NCBI GenBank assembly: GCA_963668175.1
Contig: OY764159.1
Span: 928,001 to 992,000 of the forward strand
Direction: 5' to 3'
DNA length: 64,000 nt
Origin: Syntrophales bacterium
GTDB taxonomy: Bacteria; Desulfobacterota; Syntrophia; Syntrophales; PHBD01
The translations under genes were made by a program, and so were the position numbers. Positions within the stretch are counted from its first letter, which is position 1. The number at the start of each line of letters is the position of its first letter. The notes beneath the pieces are model-generated. The model did no database searches. It had not been told where the DNA came from and worked only from the letters and a program-made list of their open reading frames with translations. Positions 31,217-40,881 of the stretch are shown here, in pieces.

Positions 31217-32341
31217 ATGGGAATGAACAATACCGTATTTCTTGAGGTTATCGAGTGGTTTGATCAGACAGGGCAGGAAATGGTCCACCGGATTCCCGAA
31301 GAGGGGTCCGGGGAAATAAAATGGGGAGCCCAGTTAACCGTCCGGGAGAGCCAGGCGGCCGTCTTCTTTTATAACGGCAAGGCTTACGACGCCATCGGTC
31401 CCGGAAGGCATACCCTGAAAACCGCGAACATCCCCTTGATCACGAAAATCCTGAGCATCCCCTGGGGCATGACGAGTCCGCTCCGGGCGGAGGTCTATTT
31501 CACCAATATGAAGGTCTTTCCCAACCTCAAGTGGGGAACCAGGGACCCGGTCGCCTTCCGGGACAAGGAGCTCGGCGTCATACGTCTGCGGGCCTTTGGA
31601 ATATTCAATATCGCCATCGTCCAGCCCGTCCTTCTCATCAACAGCCTGGTCGGAACCCAGGGCGTTTTTAAGACCGCGGATATCGAAGAGTATTTGAACC
31701 GGGTCATCGTTTCCCGTTTCAACGACTTCATGGGGGAGCATGTCGATACGATCTTCAACCTCCCGTCCAAATACGAAGAGATGTCTGCGGGCCTCAAAGC
31801 GGCCCTCAAGGACGACCTGAGCCATTTCGGCCTGGCTTTGACGGACCTGTATATCAATTCCATTACGCCTCCCCCCGAAGTACAGAAAGCCATCGACGAC
31901 AAGAGCAAACTGGGCATGTTCGACGATCTCAATAAGTTGCTCAAAATGAAAGCGGCCATGGCCCTGGAGACCGCCGCCCAGGCGCAGAATACGGCCGGGG
32001 CGGGAGTGGGCATGGGCATGGGATTCATGATGCCCGCCATGTTTGCCGATGCCTTCCGGGCAGATCAGGCTCAGGCCCCGGGAACGCCGGCTCCCGTACA
32101 ATGCACGGAGTGCCGGCAGGAGATTCCGGCGGATGCCAGATTCTGTCCCTACTGCGGTCATCAGCAAGTCATCATTCAGAGGTGTGAGCATTGCGGCAAG
32201 AATCTGACCGCCAATGCCAAGTTCTGCCCTCGATGCGGGCAGGCAACCGATCGCAAGCCGGAAGCGAAGAAGTGTCCTCATTGCGGTACGGACAACCTTT
32301 TCAATTCGATATTCTGTAATCAGTGCGGTGAACGGATCTAA
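31217..32341 (+). CDS. SPFH/Band-7-like protein (YdjI-like) with C-terminal zinc ribbons
   Basis: QLTVRESQ.AVF, GPGRHTL.T.NIP, KWGT..P, LRAFG, GAGVGMGMG; six CxxC pairs at the C-terminus. Confidence 0.88.
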   Translation: MGMNNTVFLEVIEWFDQTGQEMVHRIPEEGSGEIKWGAQLTVRESQAAVFFYNGKAYDAIGPGRHTLKTANIPLITKILSIPWGMTSPLRAEVYFTNMKVFPNLKWGTRDPVAFRDKELGVIRLRAFGIFNIAIVQPVLLINSLVGTQGVFKTADIEEYLNRVIVSRFNDFMGEHVDTIFNLPSKYEEMSAGLKAALKDDLSHFGLALTDLYINSITPPPEVQKAIDDKSKLGMFDDLNKLLKMKAAMALETAAQAQNTAGAGVGMGMGFMMPAMFADAFRADQAQAPGTPAPVQCTECRQEIPADARFCPYCGHQQVIIQRCEHCGKNLTANAKFCPRCGQATDRKPEAKKCPHCGTDNLFNSIFCNQCGERI

Positions 32342-33548
32342 CTGGCAAGTCGAACATCAGTGCCCTCAATGCGGCGCCCCTGTTGTCCTGGACGAGACGT
32401 TCCGGATACTGTCCTGCCCCTACTGCCGGACGAGGCTCTACATCGAGCCCGGCGACCATTTCCGGCATTGCATTCCTTCACGCGTCTCCGCCGGAGAGAT
32501 GATCAACCTGCCGTACTGGCGGTGCAAGGGATCATGCTTCTCTTTCCGGGGCTTCGAAGCCAATCACCGTTTCCTCGATGCCAATCTGAGCGGCCTGGCC
32601 GTGCCGGGAGTCCCGGAATCGCTCGGGTTGAGGCCCCAGGCCTTGCGGATGAAATTCGTATCTCCAGAACTGCCGGGGCAGTTCCTGCCACCCCGGTTGA
32701 CGCTGCCGCAAATCATGGCCAGGATCACCGAAACCCACGTGCCGGGCGGTTCCTTTTATAGATTTATCGGCGAACTCACAAGCCTTGTCTATTCGCCCTT
32801 CTACCGGAAACAGAATGTCCTCTACGACGCCGTGACCGACAGGCCGGCCTTAAACATCTCGCCCTCCGCGGACGAATGGCTGAAAGAGACCGCGGGGGCA
32901 AACACCTGGCGAGTACGGTTCGTTTCGACCCTGTGTCCACAGTGCGGCTGGGATCTGGAAGGCGACAGGGACGCCCTCGTCCTGATTTGCCGTAACTGCA
33001 ACAGGGCCTGGCGATGCGAGGAAGGAGAGTTGAAAGAGCTGGCGTTCGCCGCCGTTGAGCATCCCCAGGCCGTTCTGTATCTGCCGTTCTGGCGACTTCG
33101 GGTCCGTATGGACGGTATCGATCTCGACAGTTATGCCGATCTGATCCGGGTTGCGAACCTGCCCAAGGCCGTTACACCCGCCTCCGAACGGAAACCCTTC
33201 TTCTATTGGCTGCCCGCATTCAAGGTGAATCCACAGCTGTACTTGCGAACAGCAAGACAGATGACCATCTATCAGCCGGAAGGGGACATGACCGCAACCT
33301 TTTCGGCCGGCCCTCGCCATCCGGTGAACCTTGCCGAGTCGGAAGCCCTGGAGGGAGTGGCGGTCGTTACGGCGGAAATCGCCACGGACAAACGCCGTCT
33401 CCTGCCGGTTCTGGCGAAAGCCAAAGCCGTGAAGGAGGACAGCCTTCTCATCTATCATCCTTTTGTCATGAAATATAACGAGCTCGTTCACGCATACACC
33501 GGGATGGCCATGGACCGGAACGCCCTGGCTTTCGGAGCTGCGCTTTAG
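32328..33548 (+). CDS. Hypothetical protein with two zinc-ribbon modules
   Basis: GTG start overlapping the SPFH stop; CPQCG..CPYC..LPYWR and CPQCG..CRNC..LPFWR. Confidence 0.75.
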   Translation: MNGSNWQVEHQCPQCGAPVVLDETFRILSCPYCRTRLYIEPGDHFRHCIPSRVSAGEMINLPYWRCKGSCFSFRGFEANHRFLDANLSGLAVPGVPESLGLRPQALRMKFVSPELPGQFLPPRLTLPQIMARITETHVPGGSFYRFIGELTSLVYSPFYRKQNVLYDAVTDRPALNISPSADEWLKETAGANTWRVRFVSTLCPQCGWDLEGDRDALVLICRNCNRAWRCEEGELKELAFAAVEHPQAVLYLPFWRLRVRMDGIDLDSYADLIRVANLPKAVTPASERKPFFYWLPAFKVNPQLYLRTARQMTIYQPEGDMTATFSAGPRHPVNLAESEALEGVAVVTAEIATDKRRLLPVLAKAKAVKEDSLLIYHPFVMKYNELVHAYTGMAMDRNALAFGAAL

Positions 33549-33703
33549 ACGGCGCCCTCTCGCGCAGAAATCGTCCCGGTTATATGCCCACGTGGAATAT
33601 TTGACCGTCCTCTCCGGCGCACTGAAAAAAGCATCGACAAACGCCTCAAAATAACCTATCCATCAATTACAGGACAGACATATTCCAGGGAGGTGTGTGC
33701 CGT

Positions 33704-34105
33704 ATGAAAAGGGACGGTCGGTCAAGCTGTTCGATCCGGGGTAAGTACTTTCTGGCGGTAGTAGTGTTCTTGGCATCAGTCCTTTTCGTCGCTCCCTCTG
33801 CAATAGCTGCCGGGAAAGACTCTGAGGAGCAGGTCGACGCATCGAATGCCTATGCCTTCTTCTGCGGGAAACGAGGCGATCTCACCGCGCCCCAATGCGC
33901 CGTTCTTTTTGGGGAATACTCGATGAAGGGTCATAAAGGCCACGTGTTCGTCTGCTCGGCGAACGACAAGGTCTTCGGGTGTGTATCCGGACTGTGCGAG
34001 GAACTGTCGACGTTTGTCAGCCGTATCGAAACAGATTATCCCATCAACAAATATACACAGTTGTGCGATCTTCTCTGCGGACCTTGCAAAACGGGCTGGA
34101 AGTGA
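33704..34105 (+). CDS. Small exported cysteine-rich hypothetical protein
   Basis: GGAGG RBS, signal peptide ending PSAIA, 8 Cys in the predicted mature part. Confidence 0.7.
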   Translation: MKRDGRSSCSIRGKYFLAVVVFLASVLFVAPSAIAAGKDSEEQVDASNAYAFFCGKRGDLTAPQCAVLFGEYSMKGHKGHVFVCSANDKVFGCVSGLCEELSTFVSRIETDYPINKYTQLCDLLCGPCKTGWK

Positions 34106-34248
34106 TGATTCGTTGTTCCCTTATTTTCGATACGCTGCCCGGCTGATTTCGCGGTCAGACAGGCGTTTGGGTCTCCAGGAATCGTTTCGTCAGGCGATCC
34201 CGGAGAGGCACCGGCCTGTCGTATCACACCAATGCGCTTCCGGAAGGC

Positions 34249-35187
34249 TCACTTGTCTTTCTTCTGATAATGCTGATAATGGACGGGGATTTTCGGGCTG
34301 TCGTAATCATCCTGCGACATTTTCAGCATCATCTCAACGGCGGCTATATCCAGCTTTATTCTGCGGATCTTTTCATCGTACTGGGGCAATTCCTTCTTCA
34401 TCCTGTTTCTTGCATCGAGGGGCATAAACGGTTTGTCACGAAGCTCTTTCTGAATTTCATCCCGTTTGGCCACGAAGACCGCCAGTTTATCCCTCAGGGT
34501 CTTGATCTTTTCCTCGTTGGTCAATTCCCCTTTAGGTACGGCGGCTTTCTGCTCCTCCGAAGCGCTTCTTGCCGTTTCACCGGGCTCGATGGGCTCCATC
34601 GTGGCGGCGGGCTGCTGGGGGGCGGCAGGAGTTGCCGGCGGTCTCGGTGTGCTTGGGGCAGACCTCATATCTGCAGTCCGAACATTGAGGACACGGTAGT
34701 CCTGCTCTTTTTTGGCGGCGGCATCGACAGTCTTGATACAGACATCGATGACGAAATCGCCTTTTATCGTGGAAAAAGGGATGACGATGCTGGGTGCCCG
34801 CAAGATGTGCATGACGGTATGACCCTTGCCGTAAACGACCGTAGGGATAGCTGCAAATACGGTCATGCCTTGCTTTTCCAGATAGGATCGAGCCACGCCT
34901 GAGACCATGTTGGTGATCTCTCCGGCGGCGTCGAAGACGTCTTTGTTGACGTCCGTAAAGACTTCGCCGAGCATGTTGCCGACGATACCGCAGATACAGG
35001 ATTCGGAAAAACTGATGGCCAGGGAGCCGATCGCATCTCCCGTGATGCCGATAATGGCAGAAACGTCGCCGGCCGCCGCATCGGTCGTTTTCAGATAAGG
35101 CTTGCCGGCTACGGGATCGAGAAAAGCCATGGTCTTAATGACTTCCAGTGTGCCATTTAAAAATGGATTAATAAATTTGACGTCCAT
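34249..35187 (-). CDS. cheX: CheX-family phosphatase with long C-terminal extension
   Basis: MDVKFINPF, GDVSAIIGITG, DAAGEITNM (ExxN), PTVV.G; then a Pro/Ala linker and charged coiled coil. Confidence 0.85.
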   Translation of the reverse strand: MDVKFINPFLNGTLEVIKTMAFLDPVAGKPYLKTTDAAAGDVSAIIGITGDAIGSLAISFSESCICGIVGNMLGEVFTDVNKDVFDAAGEITNMVSGVARSYLEKQGMTVFAAIPTVVYGKGHTVMHILRAPSIVIPFSTIKGDFVIDVCIKTVDAAAKKEQDYRVLNVRTADMRSAPSTPRPPATPAAPQQPAATMEPIEPGETARSASEEQKAAVPKGELTNEEKIKTLRDKLAVFVAKRDEIQKELRDKPFMPLDARNRMKKELPQYDEKIRRIKLDIAAVEMMLKMSQDDYDSPKIPVHYQHYQKKDK

Positions 35188-35431
35188 GCTCGATCCCTTT
35201 CGTTTTGAATTCCCCTCCCCCCTTTCTTGCTTTATCTTCTGCCAACTATACAATGAAAGAATTTGTCATGCAACCAAAATCATTTTAAAATCCGATATTC
35301 AAACGGATAAGGTATTTTCCTTTTTGAAGCCAGGCATGGTATATTCATATGAATAGTCATTCAGACATTCCGCAGAGCTCGTTCCATCGATTGCAGCCTG
35401 TTTAATGAAGATAGATTCAAGAAAGGAGTTA

Positions 35432-38416
35432 ATGATGAAATCTTTCCAATTATGTCCGGTACCTACGCTGGCCGCCGGAGCGGTTCTCCACGGTTTTGGC
35501 GTTATTCGTGTCGAGCAGATCCCGGATATAGGCGTTACGGCATACGAAATAGAGCATAAGATAACTGGGGCGAAAGTGCTTCATCTCCACAGCAACGATA
35601 CGGAAAACCTCTATGCCATCGGTTTTCGGACGCCGCCTTTCGATTCCACGGGCGTACCCCATATACTTGAACATTCCGTCCTGGCCGGATCGGAGCGATA
35701 CCCCTTAAAGGATGCCTTCAATGAGCTCTTGAAGGGGACCCTTCAGACCTTCATCAACGCCTTCACCTATCCCGACAAGACCCTATACCCCGTTGCCAGC
35801 CAGATCAAGGCCGATTTTTACAATCTTGCCCGCGTCTATACGGATCTGGTCCTTAGGCCGCGGCTGCTCAAGGAAACCTTCTTCCAGGAGGGACATCATC
35901 TTGAATTCACGAAGCCCGATGACGTTGAGAGCGACCTTACCGTATCGGGTGTCGTTTTCAATGAGATGAAGGGGGCCTATTCATCCCCCGATTCCCTGAT
36001 GTATAAAATAATCCAGGAAAATCTCTACCCGGATACGACCTATGCCTGCGACTCCGGGGGCAATCCCGACGATATCCCTTCTCTGACCTATGAACAGTTC
36101 GTGGCCTTTCATCACCGGTACTATTCCCCCTCCAACGCCCGGATATTTCTCTTCGGAGACATACCGACTGCGGACCATCTGGCCTTTCTCGAAGAGATGC
36201 TGGCGGGCTTTACCCGCGTGGAGGTGGACTCGCAGGTACTGGGCCAGCCACGCTGGCGGCAGCCTGCTGCTGTTCGGGGCTATTATCCCGTGGGGATGAA
36301 CGAAGAACTCGGGAAGAAGACGGCGGTCAATATCGCCTGGATGATGGCGGACAATACGGATTATGAAGCGGCAACCCTGCTGGCTATCGTTTCCGGCCTC
36401 CTTGTCGGCAATTCGGCAAGCCCTTTGCGCAAAGCCCTCATCGACTCGGGCCTCGGTGAAGACCTGTCTCCGGTGACGGGTATCGAGCCGGACCTGAGGC
36501 AAATCGCCTTTGCCGTGGGCCTGCGGGGTGCCGATGCGGAAGCCGCCTCCGCGATCGAATCGCTGGTTATGGGTACCCTGAAAAAGTTGGCGGAAGAGGG
36601 TTTTGACCGCGAATTAATCGAGGGCACTCTTCATCAGGTCGAATTTCATGGCAAGGAAATCGTTCGGAAAACGATGCCTTACGGGATTACTCTCATGTCC
36701 AGGGCCTATCATACCTGGCTCTACGACAGCGATCCCCTCGTGGGCCTTAATTTCCCGAAGATCATCGAGCGGGTCCGCGAACAGTGGAAGCAAAATCCCG
36801 CTCTTTTTCAGGACATCGTGAGGACGTGGTTTCTGGAGAACCCGCACCGGCTGCTGTCCGTTATGGAGCCGAGCAAGACCTATCAGAAGGAGCGCGAGGA
36901 CGCTTTCAGGAAAAAGATGGCCGATCTTCGGTCTTCGCTTTCCCGGGAGGAACTTGAAACGATCCGCGACCGGGCGGCTGCTCTCGTGAAGTACCAGTCG
37001 GAGCCCGACACGCCGGAAGCTGCGGCCAGCCTGCCGCGGCTGAAGACGGCCGATATTTCCCGTGAGGCGGATTACGTGCCCACCGAGATGAAATCGATTG
37101 ACGGCGTTCCCGTTCTGGCCCACGATATATTTACCAACGGCATCGCCTACCTGGATTTCGTTTTCGATGTCGCGGACGTGCCGGAGGAGTTACAGCCCTT
37201 CTTGCCCCTTCTGGGAAAACTCATGACCAATATGGGCGCGGCCGGTTTCAGCTATGAGGACATGGCCAAGCGGATTACCCTGAAAACCGGCGGCCTCAGT
37301 TTCAGCACATCCTGCGGGTTCGCGGCCGACGGCTCGGGAGGATGGCAGAAGATGATCGTGAGCGTTAAATCCCTTTACAGGAATCTCGGAGACACTGTCG
37401 GCATCATGACGGACGTGCTGACGAAGGCTGATTTCTCCAACGAAGCCCGCATGAAGGACCTGCTCGTGGAAAAGAAGAACCGTCTTCATGCCGCCGTCGT
37501 ACCTTCCGGCCATCTCTTCGCCAAAATGGTCGCAGGCGCCGGAATTTCGACCCCGGCCTACCGGGACGAGCAGTGGCACGGCCGGACCCAGCTTCGTTTC
37601 CTCACGGCGATGGTTTCATCCCTGGGTGAAGAAAAGGAAAACATCCTGGATAAAATAGGGTCCCTTTACAGGACGGTCATCGGCAGGAAACGCCTGATCA
37701 TCAATATGACAGCCGATCCGGAAGGAATGGCCGGACTCTCCGCCGCCCTGCCGATCCTGTTAAATGCGTTGCCCGAAGGGGGCAGCGGCAAAGCAGATTA
37801 TCCGTCCCTGTCTCCCGTCCGCGTCGGGATATCCGTTCCGGCGGAGGTGTCCTATGTGGCGGAAGTGATGAACGCCCCGACCTACAAGGACAGGCAGGCC
37901 CCCTATCTTCTGGTGTTGGCCAAGTACTTGTCCAACAATTTCCTGTATAAGCGCGTCCGTGTCCAGGGCGGGGCCTATGGGGGGATGTCCCTTTACGATC
38001 CCTTAAGCGGCCTCTTTTCCTTCCTCTCGTACCGCGACCCCCGCATTGCCGAAACGCTGCGCGTCTACGATGAAGCCAGGATCTTTCTCGACGGCGGGGC
38101 CATCAGCGCCGAAGAGATCGAGAAGGCCGTGATCGGGACGATAGGCTCTTTGGACAGGCCGATGGACCCGTACGGGCGGGGCCATATCGCGCTCATACGC
38201 CATCTTGCGGGATTGACGGATGCCTTTCGCCGGGGACTCAGAAAGAATATCCTGGATGCGACTTCCCGGGATATCCGGGAGGCGGCGTCATGCGTCCTGT
38301 CCCCGGGTGTTGCCGCCGGCAGGACGGCCCGGGCGGTCATCGCTTCGGAAGAGAATCTCCTCAAGGCCAATCGGGCACTGGAGGACAAGCTGAATATCGA
38401 GCCGCTGGCCGACTGA
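35432..38416 (+). CDS. M16C (insulinase/presequence protease PreP-like) zinc metallopeptidase
   Basis: STGVPHILEHSVL.GS (HxxEH), FINAFTYPD.T.YP, GVVFNEMKG, RVQGGAYGG, SYRDP. Confidence 0.95.
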   Translation: MMKSFQLCPVPTLAAGAVLHGFGVIRVEQIPDIGVTAYEIEHKITGAKVLHLHSNDTENLYAIGFRTPPFDSTGVPHILEHSVLAGSERYPLKDAFNELLKGTLQTFINAFTYPDKTLYPVASQIKADFYNLARVYTDLVLRPRLLKETFFQEGHHLEFTKPDDVESDLTVSGVVFNEMKGAYSSPDSLMYKIIQENLYPDTTYACDSGGNPDDIPSLTYEQFVAFHHRYYSPSNARIFLFGDIPTADHLAFLEEMLAGFTRVEVDSQVLGQPRWRQPAAVRGYYPVGMNEELGKKTAVNIAWMMADNTDYEAATLLAIVSGLLVGNSASPLRKALIDSGLGEDLSPVTGIEPDLRQIAFAVGLRGADAEAASAIESLVMGTLKKLAEEGFDRELIEGTLHQVEFHGKEIVRKTMPYGITLMSRAYHTWLYDSDPLVGLNFPKIIERVREQWKQNPALFQDIVRTWFLENPHRLLSVMEPSKTYQKEREDAFRKKMADLRSSLSREELETIRDRAAALVKYQSEPDTPEAAASLPRLKTADISREADYVPTEMKSIDGVPVLAHDIFTNGIAYLDFVFDVADVPEELQPFLPLLGKLMTNMGAAGFSYEDMAKRITLKTGGLSFSTSCGFAADGSGGWQKMIVSVKSLYRNLGDTVGIMTDVLTKADFSNEARMKDLLVEKKNRLHAAVVPSGHLFAKMVAGAGISTPAYRDEQWHGRTQLRFLTAMVSSLGEEKENILDKIGSLYRTVIGRKRLIINMTADPEGMAGLSAALPILLNALPEGGSGKADYPSLSPVRVGISVPAEVSYVAEVMNAPTYKDRQAPYLLVLAKYLSNNFLYKRVRVQGGAYGGMSLYDPLSGLFSFLSYRDPRIAETLRVYDEARIFLDGGAISAEEIEKAVIGTIGSLDRPMDPYGRGHIALIRHLAGLTDAFRRGLRKNILDATSRDIREAASCVLSPGVAAGRTARAVIASEENLLKANRALEDKLNIEPLAD

Positions 38417-38446
38417 CGATAAAGGGTACGGAAGAGAGGATGACGG

Positions 38447-40150
38447 TTATAAGGACTCCAGGCGACGCCTGCCCCGGTGCATGGGCAGGATAACGGCCAG
38501 GAGGCAGAGGGCGAACGCAGCGAAGAACGAGAAGATCGATCCGGCCCACTGCCAAAAGGAAAGTTGGCGGCCGCGGAGGCCCGACATGAAGATGGCATAA
38601 ACCGGTCCTGCTTCGAGAACGATGACCAGGCAGACGAAGACGGCGCAAAAAGCCATGAAGAGAAGTCCGCCGAAACTCGTGACGGACTGGCCGGGATTTT
38701 CCGACTGGAAGTCCGGATAGATCGCCCCCACGCCCACTCCCATTGCCACGATACCGGGAACGATACAGAAGATGGTTGCCGTGGAAAGGGCCATCATGAA
38801 GGGCGTCACGTCCAGGAGGATGTTCGTCACGACGATCAGGAGCTCCGCGAGGATGAGGAGCGGCACGAAATAGACGAAAAATTTGATCCACAGAAACGTC
38901 CCGACAGGCATGGGGGCGGCCTGAACGATCCAGAAGGCTTTTCCCTCGATGCTGACGGCAGGATAAACAAAACGCGCCGCGATGGCCGCCAGGACAAAGG
39001 AGGCCAGCCCCACGTTCAGAAAAGAAAAGAGATTCTGCAGATAGACCGTCTGGAGGGGAGACTTGTCCAGCGGAAGAACCGAAAAATTGAAAATGTAGAC
39101 GACGATCAGGGCAACGATCAGGAAGACTTGCGGCCACTGCGTCTGGTCCCGGAAGAAGGTCCTGATTTCCTTCACGGCGAAGGCCTTCGCCGGGCCGGGA
39201 AGGAAGTTGAACAGGGAAGTCCAGCCGAGGCGGCTGTTCAGGCGGACGGGAAACAGCCTTCCCGGCGTGGTCTGTGATTTTGAAAAACCGGAAAAATAGA
39301 GAGCACCGGCCGTCCATGAGGCAATAAAGATGAGGCTTGCCGCCAGGCTCCATGTCAGGGCGAGGTCCAGGGCGGCGCTCTTGGCGGCGCCGTAATAGCC
39401 GCTCAGGGTGGCGCGGATGCTGTCGATGATCCAGGTCGTGGGAAGCAGATCCGACCCGGGCGTTTCCAGTGTCCGGAAATAGAGTACGAGGGACGAGAAG
39501 GCATCGGGGTTGACCAGGCGTTCAGGCTGCATCAGGCGGAGGGCCAAAATCAGGACGAGAAACAGGATAAACCCGAAGAAGATGAAGACGGTCCGGATGC
39601 GGCCAGCGGGCAGGACGACCGCCGCAATCAGGACGACGATCGCGCTCAGGGCCGAGGCGATAAGGCATAGGGGCACCATGGCCAGGGCGACCGTCGCGTA
39701 GAACAAGAAACTCACATTATAGACGATGCCGTAAGCGATGAAGATCGGGAGGCTGTAAACAACGACCATCCAGGAGCTGTCGACAGTGCTTTCCAGCCAG
39801 CGGGAGAGGAATATTTCCTTCCGGGAGACGGGAAGGGCGTGGACGAGGTGAAGGTCGTGGCTGAGATAGAGCTTCGACAGGATGTTGATAACGCTGCTGA
39901 ACAGCATCAGGCTGAAGAACGTGATGACGACCATGGACAGAAGCTTGGCGGCGAGGATATCCCCGAATCCTTCGATGGTCTTGAAGTATGTAAGCATCCG
40001 GTAGAAAGCGATGAAGATGCCCGTCCAGAAAATCACGCCGACGGATCCGAAGAGCAGAAGCCGCATCTTTCGACCCTTGGCCCGGCGGGAAAGCTGTCCG
40101 TTCCTGAAGGACCATATGCGCGGTTTGATCAGCGTCCATACACCGTTCAT
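38447..40150 (-). CDS. ABC exporter permease (large multi-TM ABC-2-like)
   Basis: Many TM segments, KEIRTFFRD, S.EGKAFW; translationally coupled to the ABC ATPase. Confidence 0.82.
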   Translation of the reverse strand: MNGVWTLIKPRIWSFRNGQLSRRAKGRKMRLLLFGSVGVIFWTGIFIAFYRMLTYFKTIEGFGDILAAKLLSMVVITFFSLMLFSSVINILSKLYLSHDLHLVHALPVSRKEIFLSRWLESTVDSSWMVVVYSLPIFIAYGIVYNVSFLFYATVALAMVPLCLIASALSAIVVLIAAVVLPAGRIRTVFIFFGFILFLVLILALRLMQPERLVNPDAFSSLVLYFRTLETPGSDLLPTTWIIDSIRATLSGYYGAAKSAALDLALTWSLAASLIFIASWTAGALYFSGFSKSQTTPGRLFPVRLNSRLGWTSLFNFLPGPAKAFAVKEIRTFFRDQTQWPQVFLIVALIVVYIFNFSVLPLDKSPLQTVYLQNLFSFLNVGLASFVLAAIAARFVYPAVSIEGKAFWIVQAAPMPVGTFLWIKFFVYFVPLLILAELLIVVTNILLDVTPFMMALSTATIFCIVPGIVAMGVGVGAIYPDFQSENPGQSVTSFGGLLFMAFCAVFVCLVIVLEAGPVYAIFMSGLRGRQLSFWQWAGSIFSFFAAFALCLLAVILPMHRGRRRLESL

Positions 40151-40881
40151 ACCAGGGCGTCCTCTCTGGTGAGAATCAAAAACACCTCTTCGAGATCGGC
40201 GTCCCGGACCTGGGCGGCGCGGCCTAACTCGCCCGTGTTTCCCAGGGCGACGAGATTGCCCCGGTGGATGATCCCGATCCGGTCGCAGATGTCTTCGGCG
40301 ATCGACAGGGTGTGCGTCGACATGAAGACGGTCGTTCCCTCGTCGGCCAATCTGCGCAGCGTGGTCTTGACAAGCCTGATACCGGCCGGGTCCAGGCCCA
40401 CCATGGGTTCGTCCACGATCAGCACCCGGGGGTCGTGTAACAGCGCCGCCGCAATGATCAGCCGCTGCTTCATGCCGTGGGAGTACGCCTCGATCAGCTC
40501 CTGGGACCAGTCCCAGAGGGAAAAGGTTTCCAGGAGGTCCTTGGCCTTCGGGAAGAAACTGGACTCGTCCACGCCGTAAAGGGCGGCCGAAAACTTCATG
40601 AACTCCATGCCCGTGAGCTTTTCATAGAGATAGGGGCGGTCGGGGATGAAGCCGATTTCCTTCTTGGCTTTTACGGGTTCGTCGGCCAGGGAAATGCCGG
40701 CGACGGTGACGGAACCCTCCGTCGGGGAGAGAACGCCGCCGATGATGCGGATGGTTGTTGTCTTCCCTGCGCCGTTGGGGCCGATAAATCCGAATATCTC
40801 TCCCGCCTGTACGGTGAGGTTCAGTTTGTTGACCGCGGTGGTTTCGCCGTAGCGCTTGGTAAGATTATGAATTTCGATCAT
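40147..40881 (-). CDS. ABC transporter ATP-binding protein
   Basis: GPNGAGKTT, YSHGMKQ, VDEPMVGLDP, STH. Confidence 0.95.
   Translation of the reverse strand: MIEIHNLTKRYGETTAVNKLNLTVQAGEIFGFIGPNGAGKTTTIRIIGGVLSPTEGSVTVAGISLADEPVKAKKEIGFIPDRPYLYEKLTGMEFMKFSAALYGVDESSFFPKAKDLLETFSLWDWSQELIEAYSHGMKQRLIIAAALLHDPRVLIVDEPMVGLDPAGIRLVKTTLRRLADEGTTVFMSTHTLSIAEDICDRIGIIHRGNLVALGNTGELGRAAQVRDADLEEVFLILTREDALV

Noticed and set aside
33704..34105. Cytochrome c
   Set aside because: No CxxCH motif.
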